DNA from: Methanobacterium sp. UBA44
GTDB lineage: Archaea > Methanobacteriota > Methanobacteria > Methanobacteriales > Methanobacteriaceae
Length of the DNA stretch: 32,000 bases
Direction of reading: 5' to 3'
Assembly (NCBI GenBank): GCA_002494885.1
Contig: DACV01000003.1
Coordinates: 77,433-109,432 of the forward strand
Of this stretch, positions 7,106-15,175 are shown in pieces. The position numbers and the translations under genes were made by a program. The notes below the pieces were generated by a model. The model was not told the DNA's origin and searched no databases. It worked only from the letters and a program-made list of their open reading frames with translations. Every line of letters starts with the position of its first letter. Positions within the stretch are counted from its first letter, which is position 1.

Positions 7106-8311
7106 TTATTGAGGTATGTACTCTATGACTTTAGCATGTATACTCATGCTCGGTCCGGATCCCTCAGTCCACATAATTATTTTTACGGGATAATCATTGT
7201 TATTTGTAACTTTAACGTCCACTGCAGGATTAAATCCAAACATTACTGCATATTCACCCCAATTAAATCCTGTTGGCAGTCCAAATCCTGCCTGAGATAT
7301 CGCTCCCCTCATTGCTCTTGCTGCAGGGCAAACACCATGAGAAGCCCACCCCCCAGGAGCATGTGGGTCTATAGATCTTCCAAATCCTACAGTTTCCTTA
7401 CCTGATGAAGTTGAATGTGGTGGAATTACAGTTCCATTCCATGCTTCAACAAATGCTCGTGAATTTTGCTCTCTAACTGCATCGTTATATTCAGGGAAAG
7501 ATCCAAGTGAATCTCCATTACTTCCACTGACTTTTTCAGTAACGGGGCCCATATACACAAGTATCGGAGATCCTGAAGGATAATTTTTCATATAATCTAT
7601 TATGCTACTTCCAAATAAAGTTTCTATATCTTCTGGTGCAACTATATTCCTTCCATCATTGAAATTAGCAATAGCATAACCCAGAGTTATACGTTTACCC
7701 ACTTCAGCATTGTCGTACCATTTTTTAACATTCATTACGCTTATATAATCATGAGGAATTGTATCATTACTTATCTGACCATATGGCACTATATTTAAGG
7801 TTTTATTCCCTTCTACAATTTCCAAGCCCTCTTTTGTTTTAATTCCAAACTTATAAGGTATTTTTTCCCCATAAACAAAAGTTTCTGGCGGAGTTACAGC
7901 CAATCTATCACTTTTAACTTCTAAAATTCCCGGTCCCTTAAAACCCTGCGCAACTCCACTTTTTGAAATACTGCCGGACGTAATTCTCCCAATTGGAGTT
8001 TTAACCGTTCCAGTAACTATTGCATCGAAGAAGTCAATAAATCTCATATCTTCAATATAATCCCTAAGATATCCCGGATCGTAAAGTATGGGTACCTTTC
8101 TAATTTCTTTTTCATCTACAACCTTAGTTCCTGCCAGCACTGTATCTCCTATACTCATCGAAGTTATTTCAGTTGGTCCCTGAGGTGGAACATAATTGTC
8201 CATTGCCGTTCCCAAGGGATACATGACCAGCGCCAGTAAAATAAGTATTAATATACTAATCTTTGAATTTTTTAATAATTTCTGCAGAATATTTAACTCC
8301 CCCTTCCCCAA
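7106..8311 (-). CDS. Membrane-anchored extracytoplasmic protein with a VanW-like C-terminal domain
   Basis: It has an N-terminal signal-anchor (ISILILILLALVMYPLG). The C-terminal WASHGVCPAARAMRGAISQAGF...AVDVKVTNNNDYPVKIIMW resembles the VanW core (GGGVCQ...YNAALLAG...D.kf.N....P..I). Coding status is confident, but the family call rests on motifs only. The start is TTG at 8311 and is uncertain. Confidence 0.5.
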   Translation of the reverse strand: MGKGELNILQKLLKNSKISILILILLALVMYPLGTAMDNYVPPQGPTEITSMSIGDTVLAGTKVVDEKEIRKVPILYDPGYLRDYIEDMRFIDFFDAIVTGTVKTPIGRITSGSISKSGVAQGFKGPGILEVKSDRLAVTPPETFVYGEKIPYKFGIKTKEGLEIVEGNKTLNIVPYGQISNDTIPHDYISVMNVKKWYDNAEVGKRITLGYAIANFNDGRNIVAPEDIETLFGSSIIDYMKNYPSGSPILVYMGPVTEKVSGSNGDSLGSFPEYNDAVREQNSRAFVEAWNGTVIPPHSTSSGKETVGFGRSIDPHAPGGWASHGVCPAARAMRGAISQAGFGLPTGFNWGEYAVMFGFNPAVDVKVTNNNDYPVKIIMWTEGSGPSMSIHAKVIEYIPQ

Positions 8312-9788
8312 TAACTAATATTATGTCATTTTCATCAGCTGCTGAAATGGCTTTTTCTAAACTTTCTTCCACCTGATCCCTGCTTGCCCCAAGTGTTCCT
8401 ATTTTAGAGCTTTTTTTACTTGACTCTGTCAAAGTTACCTCAGAATCAATTTCAATCTCCATCAATGCATTTCTGCTTGCATTGGATGCTACTACTATAG
8501 TATCAACATCATTTAATATTTTTGCTATTTCGATATCCCCTTCAATTCCGCTTTCAGAGGATATAGTATTAACCACTATCAGTTTTGAGCTTGCAGGCTT
8601 TTCAAGAAGTAACGCCTGAATTATAGCTTTAACACCAGCAGGATTATGGGCAAAATCAACTATTATTCTTTTTCCGATGCTAAACTCTTCAAATCTACCT
8701 TTAACACCTTCAAAGCTTTCAATACCCTTTGTAATATCATCAAAATCTATATTTAATGCCATAGCGCCGCATGCAGCTGCAAGGGCATTGTAAATGTTAT
8801 GAATTCCCTTATTTTTTAATTTAATTCTGGCCTTATTTGACCCCATGATTAACGTGAATTGATCATCTTCAATATCAGAAGCTTTTACATGTACATCTGG
8901 ACGTCTAAATCCACATTTGCACCCATATACGCCAAGATGACCCAGATAATGTTTTAGATATTTAAGATTTTTCTTGCATAATGGACAATTCCTTTTTTCT
9001 GGATAGGCGTTAACAACGATATTTAAATCATCTATTCCAAAAAATAGACTATTATCCGGATTTTTTCCAATTTCAAGGCATGCAATTACAGGATCATCAG
9101 CATTTAAAATCAATAAATCAGCAACATCAATCATTTCACCTTTACACTGGATATAATCTAAAAAATTCCCCGAATTATCTAAATGATCCTTAGATATATT
9201 GGTTATGATTCCTATATTGACTCCTGAATTTACTGCAGATTTTTTAATCTCATTTGGGTTTCCAAATGTCCCTATTTCTAAAACAGCCACATCACCATCA
9301 AGTCTTGCTTGAAGAGATGGTATCAATTCCGTGTTCCCCTGTATATTAAGTCCATGTTCTGGAACTTTATATCCTGCGCCTTTTAAAATATGCTTGAGCA
9401 TCCAGGTTGTTGTTGTCTTTCCATTTGTTCCAGTTATTCCAATAACCGGTTTATCAATTTCGCATATCTCCAGAACTTCATCTACACTTATTATATCTGC
9501 CTCTGTAGATTTTTCTATTTTATCAATTAATTTAGAATTATTAAGTAAACTTGGAGCAAGAACAATGATATCTGCATCTTTTAAAATGTCTTCATCATGT
9601 TCTCCGAGATTAAGATAAATTCCCTCTTTCTTTAGGATTTCTATTTGAGGGCTATCGGTTGAAAGATCTGAAACCACTACATCTGCACCGTAATCCTTTA
9701 AAACCCTTGCCATTAAGCTGCCTACAGTTCCACAGCCTCCTATGACAACAATTTTAGGATTTTTCTTCTTAATAAAATTAGATTTCAT
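8256..9788 (-). CDS. Mur-ligase family protein, MurD-like with a Cys4 insertion (pseudomurein peptide ligase candidate)
   Basis: Rossmann-like N-domain KIVVIGGCGTVGSLMARVLKDYGADVVVSD, P-loop GITGTNGKTTT, central motif ITNISKDHLD, C-domain GVKGRFEEF...VDFAHNPAGV. The insertion is CPLC-x18-CKC (Cys268, 271, 290, 292). Confidence 0.85.
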   Translation of the reverse strand: MKSNFIKKKNPKIVVIGGCGTVGSLMARVLKDYGADVVVSDLSTDSPQIEILKKEGIYLNLGEHDEDILKDADIIVLAPSLLNNSKLIDKIEKSTEADIISVDEVLEICEIDKPVIGITGTNGKTTTTWMLKHILKGAGYKVPEHGLNIQGNTELIPSLQARLDGDVAVLEIGTFGNPNEIKKSAVNSGVNIGIITNISKDHLDNSGNFLDYIQCKGEMIDVADLLILNADDPVIACLEIGKNPDNSLFFGIDDLNIVVNAYPEKRNCPLCKKNLKYLKHYLGHLGVYGCKCGFRRPDVHVKASDIEDDQFTLIMGSNKARIKLKNKGIHNIYNALAAACGAMALNIDFDDITKGIESFEGVKGRFEEFSIGKRIIVDFAHNPAGVKAIIQALLLEKPASSKLIVVNTISSESGIEGDIEIAKILNDVDTIVVASNASRNALMEIEIDSEVTLTESSKKSSKIGTLGASRDQVEESLEKAISAADENDIILVIGEGGVKYSAEIIKKFKD

Positions 9789-9807
9789 TTTAATCTGACT
9801 GTGAATT

Positions 9808-12600
9808 TTAAGCTGTTTTATCCTTAAAAGTGGTTATACCTTCTTTAATATCTGATTTTACTTTATTATAGGCATTAACGACACCGGGACCAATATGAAT
9901 TATTGTATCGCCTTTATTTGCAATTTCCAATGCTTTAACTATTGAATCCATTACACTGGTTGTTTTATGTGTTTCTGCCTTTTCAGCTCCTTTTACCACT
10001 TCTTCTGCAGCTTCTTCGCTTATTTCTTCTATTGTTTCATTTTTTGCGCTTGCAATTACTATATCTGCATGTTTTCCAAGTATCTCGCCTATTTTATATT
10101 TATCACGTATTGTAAGGGTATCAGGATTATCTATGGATATTATTAACTTTCCTTCAAGCTCCATGCCTTCAAAAAGCCGCTCCATTGCCTCAGGATTGTG
10201 TGCTGCATCCATAAATATATTAATTTCATTGACTGTATCTATCTTTTCAAATCGTCCCTTTACTCCGGGGAAATTCTCTATTTTATCCTTTATATATTCC
10301 AGATCGAAATCTAAAGCCATGTCTGTAGCAACAACTGCTAAAGCGTTTTCAATATTGCACATTCCAGGTACTTTAAGCTTTATATTTAATATACATGGCT
10401 CCCTATATTTTCTTTCAAAATTATCGCAGTTACAGCACATCTGCCCACAATTTCTACATACTATTGTGGGGATTTTCTGAGTTTTAATGGTAAATTCAGA
10501 GCCATAAAGCCCTTTAAGTTCTATATCTTCTGCCAACATATGGTAGTCTATATTATGTCTATGAGAATAAGTTCTGCCTTCATTAACAATTATTCTGGGT
10601 TCATTAATCCCATAATATATCATTTCTTCGTTGAATTTAGGCGATAATCTACTTATAATTGGATCATCCCCATTAGCAACCAAAACTCCGTTTTTATGAA
10701 GTAAATCCTTTAATGATACGTTTCTTTCCACATATTCTTCATATGAATTAAATTCATCCATATGATCCGGTGTGAGATTGGTTAAAATACCAATACATAT
10801 TTCCAGACCATCTACCATTCTTATTGTGCCGTGCGGAAGTTCAAATACCGCAAAATCTTTACTTTTCATCTTATTTTCCACTACAAAATCAACTAAACCT
10901 TCAATAACCAGGGAATCTTGCAGGGAAGAGAAAAGTAAAGTATCGTACATATCAGATAAAGTATAATTGGCCATGTTAGCAGTAGTGGTTTTACCATCTG
11001 TCCCTGAAATACCTATCATTGGTATTTTTATCAGGGAATTAATCATTTTCCCAATGTCTCTTGTATTTATTTCGTCTATTTCATAATTTTCTTCACATTC
11101 ACCGATGAATTTCCTTATTTCAGAATTTCTAGGCACACTTGGAGAGATGAAAACCACGTCTGCCCACATTGCATGTTCATTCATGTGAGAGCCCAGTTCC
11201 ACAGTAACTCCTTTCTGCATCAAGTCCTCAATCTTTCTTTTTGCTTTTTTTGGGAGTTCTTCGAATTCTTTAATATCAGAAATAATGACTTCATTACCTA
11301 AATGGTTCAAGAGATGTGCTGCAGGCCTACCTGCATTTCCAGCCCCAACAATAAGTACTTTTTTATTCCTGATGACATTATCATCCTTTGATATTCTTTG
11401 TAGCGCTTTTTGTAGTTCTATAAGTTTATTCTGACCATTTCCACCTATGAAAATATTTTTATATATATCACTGCATTCCAATGCAAAATTAAGTACAGAA
11501 TCAGTGTCTTTAATTATCTTTATTTCCCCAGTATAGCCTTCCTCTTTTAATTTTTTAAATGCAATACCTGTTGTATCCTCAAGACCAGGAAAAAGTACTA
11601 TAATATCTGGATCTGTCCTAGCAACTTCTCCTAAAATGTCAAATCGGCATGTTTCACTTTCTCTGGGAGTACCAATTATTGCTACGTCAAATTCTAACTC
11701 ATTAAAAACCGCTGCAGCCGCATCCAGATTATCGGTTTTACCAACTACAAAATTGCAGCCAGAAATGTTTATGGTTGCTGTTCTGCCCTTAACTCCCTTA
11801 AAGTTCTCAAGTGCATTATTAATTTCATTTTCGGGAATTTCTAAGATATTTGCAACGGTTGCAGCTGCTGCTGCATTTTGTAAATTAAATTGGCCAAATA
11901 ATTTAAGATTTCTATGTCCATTTTCAAAAAAGAAGGTTTGAACAGGATAATTTCCCATCTTTGACAAAATTTTATCCTTTTCATTTAATACTGCTATTTT
12001 TCCTTCTATAAATTTGCCCAGAGATGCTTTATAATTATCGATGGAACTATGGAAGTCCATGTGATCCATTCCCATATTGGTTACAACCACCAGATCAAAA
12101 TCAAATGCATATGAACAAAAATCAAGGGTCATATCACATACTTCCACCACAATAACGTCGTATTTTTGTTTTGAAGATTCTAATATGAGTTTTGTATATC
12201 CCTGAAAGCCTCCACCTGCATTTCCACCAACAAGAACGTTAAGGCCAGCTTTTTCAAGTATCTCCCGTATCATAAAGCATGTTGTTGTTTTACCGTTGGT
12301 ACCTGTAACGCCTATTGTAAAAACAGTTTTATGATCGGCCAAAATATCAGATAAAATTTTTTTACTGGATCTTAATTTTTCCCCGATTTTACTACTCCAT
12401 AAGCTCGGACTTAAAACAACTGCATCTGCAGAATTTATCTTTTCAAAATCATGATAGCCAAAATCAACATCTATCGCCGTATTACAATTCAATTCCATAT
12501 TTTTTTGCATATCAGAAGCATAAACTTTATATCCATAATTAATCAGAGATTTAACGGCATTTCTGCCCTCAGTTCCTAATCCAACCACTGCAATTTTCAT
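9808..12600 (-). CDS. Tandem fusion of two complete Mur-ligase modules (930 aa)
   Basis: Module 1, about aa 1-410: KIAVVGLGTEGRNAV...YASD, GVTGTNGKTTT, VTNMGMDHMD, GVKGRTA. Module 2, about aa 411-930: KVLIVGAGNAGRPAAHLL...ISD, GISGTDGKTTT, LTNLTPDHMD, CRNCGQMCCNC, GVKGRFEKI...MDAAHNPEA. It is a single uninterrupted ORF. Confidence 0.85.
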   Translation of the reverse strand: MKIAVVGLGTEGRNAVKSLINYGYKVYASDMQKNMELNCNTAIDVDFGYHDFEKINSADAVVLSPSLWSSKIGEKLRSSKKILSDILADHKTVFTIGVTGTNGKTTTCFMIREILEKAGLNVLVGGNAGGGFQGYTKLILESSKQKYDVIVVEVCDMTLDFCSYAFDFDLVVVTNMGMDHMDFHSSIDNYKASLGKFIEGKIAVLNEKDKILSKMGNYPVQTFFFENGHRNLKLFGQFNLQNAAAAATVANILEIPENEINNALENFKGVKGRTATINISGCNFVVGKTDNLDAAAAVFNELEFDVAIIGTPRESETCRFDILGEVARTDPDIIVLFPGLEDTTGIAFKKLKEEGYTGEIKIIKDTDSVLNFALECSDIYKNIFIGGNGQNKLIELQKALQRISKDDNVIRNKKVLIVGAGNAGRPAAHLLNHLGNEVIISDIKEFEELPKKAKRKIEDLMQKGVTVELGSHMNEHAMWADVVFISPSVPRNSEIRKFIGECEENYEIDEINTRDIGKMINSLIKIPMIGISGTDGKTTTANMANYTLSDMYDTLLFSSLQDSLVIEGLVDFVVENKMKSKDFAVFELPHGTIRMVDGLEICIGILTNLTPDHMDEFNSYEEYVERNVSLKDLLHKNGVLVANGDDPIISRLSPKFNEEMIYYGINEPRIIVNEGRTYSHRHNIDYHMLAEDIELKGLYGSEFTIKTQKIPTIVCRNCGQMCCNCDNFERKYREPCILNIKLKVPGMCNIENALAVVATDMALDFDLEYIKDKIENFPGVKGRFEKIDTVNEINIFMDAAHNPEAMERLFEGMELEGKLIISIDNPDTLTIRDKYKIGEILGKHADIVIASAKNETIEEISEEAAEEVVKGAEKAETHKTTSVMDSIVKALEIANKGDTIIHIGPGVVNAYNKVKSDIKEGITTFKDKTA

Positions 12601-13320
12601 ATTACCTACCGATATTAATATAATCTTAAAGGTTATTATGACTTAATTTAATAATGACTTTTAAAATAGATTTATAATAAAGATATTTAACTGTAACGCT
12701 TATTTTTTCCAAGTAGACTATTATGATGTCATTTTATTTATAAATTCATAAAATTACACCTGATTTTATTATTAATAAATCTATTTTTACCCATTAAATT
12801 AATTTAATAATCCATTTGTTCTCAATAACTTCACTTCTCTGTTATTAATTTAGTCAATAATAATAATAAATCTTTTGATAGTATTACTATGTAGATGTAA
12901 TCATACAGACCAAACAAATATTAGTGATAATTATTATTCACACCATATAAATGTTTTAATTCATTATAATGGGAATTATTTTGCAAAAAAATAAAAATTT
13001 TTTATATTCTTATGTGATTGTGAATTAACCACTCTCTTTTATATGTCCATACTAAATAAAAGAATATCTTCTGAAAACATTAATCCAGTTAAAGAGTAGA
13101 TATACTTTTAACTCAAGTAAATATTGCTTAAAAAAAGCAGATAGTCTTTTTAAAATAATTAAAGCATCTATTAAAATCTAATAAAAATATAAACAGCAAT
13201 TATATAAAATGCAATAAACAATATCTAATTAAATAATAATTTTTCAATTAATATATCATTCTAAATTTTAAGGATTTAATGAACAGCAAGCGTAAGATCA
13301 AATCATAATAAGGTGACATA

Positions 13321-14370
13321 ATGAAAAATCTATCCAAAGAAATAATAGAGCGCATTGAAAACATTGTAAGACCAGTAAAAATAATGCATGTATGTGGATC
13401 TCATGAGCATACAATAATGCAGCATGGTATAAGATCACTAATTCCAAAAGAAGTAGAAGTGGTAGCCGGTCCTGGCTGTCCAGTTTGTTGTGTACCCTCC
13501 ATAGAAGTAGACGAATGTTTATACCTTGCAAGGAATGGCGTTACCATTGCCACATTTGGAGATATGCTAAGAGTCCCTGGAACAACTGGAACACTGGCTG
13601 ATGCCAAGGCAGAAGGTGCTGATGTAAGGATAGTTTATGGAGTAAACAATGCAGTTGAAATAGCTGATAAGATTGATAATGAGGTAGTGTTTATGGCAGC
13701 AGGTTTTGAAACCACCGCACCCACCACGGCTTCAGAAATAGTTGCAGGACCACCAGAAAATTTATCATTTCTATCCTGTCACAGATTAATCCCACCAGCA
13801 TTGAAATTTCTTATTGAATCAGGTGAAGTGAATCTTAATGCCCTCATAGAACCAGGACATGTTTCCACAATAATTGGAACACGACCTTATGAAGAATTTT
13901 CCCAAAAATATGGTATACCACAAGTTGTAGCAGGATTCAACCCATTTGATATATTAATTGCAATTTATATGATATTAAAGCAGCTTGATGAAGGGAAAGC
14001 AATAGTTCAAAACGAATATAAGCGAGCTGTAAGAGAAGAGGGCAATGTTAAAGCCCAGGAACTCATGGATGAAGTATTCTACATTAAAAATAAAGAATGG
14101 AGAGGTTTCCCTGAGATTCCGAATTCAACTTATGAAATAAGAGATGAGTTCTCAAGTGCTAACGCCAGAGAAAGATTTGATATTCAAGTAGAACAGGGAG
14201 AAAAAGTCCCTACAGGATGTATATGCGGCCCAATTTTAAGAGGAGTTGCAAGGCCAGAAGAATGTACCTTATTCAAAACCCAATGCAATCCAATGAACCC
14301 CATTGGAGCATGTATGGTAAGCAAAGAAGGAACATGTAATATTGCTTATCGTTACGGCTCAACTTTTTAA
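13321..14370 (+). CDS. hypD: [NiFe]-hydrogenase maturation factor HypD
   Basis: HVCGSHEHTI, GPGCPVCCVP, FGDMLRVPG, GADVRIVYG, GFETTAPT and C-terminal Cys motifs. AAGGTGA lies upstream of the ATG. Confidence 0.9.
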   Translation: MKNLSKEIIERIENIVRPVKIMHVCGSHEHTIMQHGIRSLIPKEVEVVAGPGCPVCCVPSIEVDECLYLARNGVTIATFGDMLRVPGTTGTLADAKAEGADVRIVYGVNNAVEIADKIDNEVVFMAAGFETTAPTTASEIVAGPPENLSFLSCHRLIPPALKFLIESGEVNLNALIEPGHVSTIIGTRPYEEFSQKYGIPQVVAGFNPFDILIAIYMILKQLDEGKAIVQNEYKRAVREEGNVKAQELMDEVFYIKNKEWRGFPEIPNSTYEIRDEFSSANARERFDIQVEQGEKVPTGCICGPILRGVARPEECTLFKTQCNPMNPIGACMVSKEGTCNIAYRYGSTF

Positions 14371-14476
14371 AAAAAATCCCATGATACATGATTTTAGAAG
14401 AAAAGAGTTATAGAATAGTCTTGCTCTTCTAAAATCAATATCTCTTATTATCTGGAATGAAGGTTTTTTAGGAGTA

Positions 14477-15151
14477 ATGTTGTTAATGAAAGCAATTGCG
14501 GTAGATATAGATGGTACAATTACCGACAAAAACAGGAAGATATGTGTAAATGCAATAAACGCTCTCAGAAAAGCAGAAGATAAAGGATACCCTATCATTT
14601 TAGTAACCGGAAATGTGCTCTGCGCAGCCAAAATGGTTGCAGTGATGGTAGGTACATCTGGTGGAATTGTAAGTGAAAATGGTGGTTTCATTCAGACAAG
14701 AAAAAAGAATCAAATTCTGGGAGACATTGAAAAATGCAAGCCTGCATATGATTTCTTGAAATCAAAGCATCACATAGAAAAAACTGAATTTTCCAATATC
14801 AGACTTTCCGAAATTGCAATAGTAAGGAATATAGATGTTAATATTGTAAAAGAAACCATTAAAGACTTTGATGTTGTAGTCTACGACACTAAATTTGCAA
14901 TACACCTTACAGATCCCGAAGTTAACAAAGGAAAATCTCTGGAAATAGTTGCCAGGGATATGGGAATTACACTGGATGAAATCATGGCAATTGGAGACAG
15001 CGAAAACGATCTGGAATTTCTTGAAGTTGCAGGATTTAAAGTAGCCGTTGCCAATGCAGATGAAGAACTCAAAGAAAATACTGATTATATAACAAAGAAA
15101 CCCTATGGTGATGGGGCTGCAGAAGCAATAGAGAAGTTCATATTAAAATAA
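14477..15151 (+). CDS. HAD-IIB phosphatase, archaeal phosphoglycolate phosphatase type
   Basis: KAIAVDIDGTITD (DxDGT nucleophile motif), LVTGN, KGKSLE, AIGDSENDLEF. ATG at 14486 is an alternative start. Confidence 0.75.
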   Translation: MLLMKAIAVDIDGTITDKNRKICVNAINALRKAEDKGYPIILVTGNVLCAAKMVAVMVGTSGGIVSENGGFIQTRKKNQILGDIEKCKPAYDFLKSKHHIEKTEFSNIRLSEIAIVRNIDVNIVKETIKDFDVVVYDTKFAIHLTDPEVNKGKSLEIVARDMGITLDEIMAIGDSENDLEFLEVAGFKVAVANADEELKENTDYITKKPYGDGAAEAIEKFILK

Positions 15152-15175
15152 ATTTCGAAAGTTGGAGGAATTTAA

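Noticed and set aside
7055-7405. 116-aa plus-strand ORF
   Set aside because: It is antisense to the VanW-like gene and overlaps the NTase gene start. The peptide is basic and Cys/Ser-rich, typical of a shadow frame.
9331-11941. Plus-strand ORFs 9331-9618, 10133-10480, 10772-10966 and 11636-11941
   Set aside because: All are antisense to the Mur-ligase genes, whose motifs are unambiguous on the minus strand. They are shadow ORFs.
13298-14691. Minus-strand ORFs 13298-13531, 13401-13607 and 14359-14691
   Set aside because: They are antisense to hypD and to the HAD phosphatase 5' region. They have no motifs and are shadow frames.
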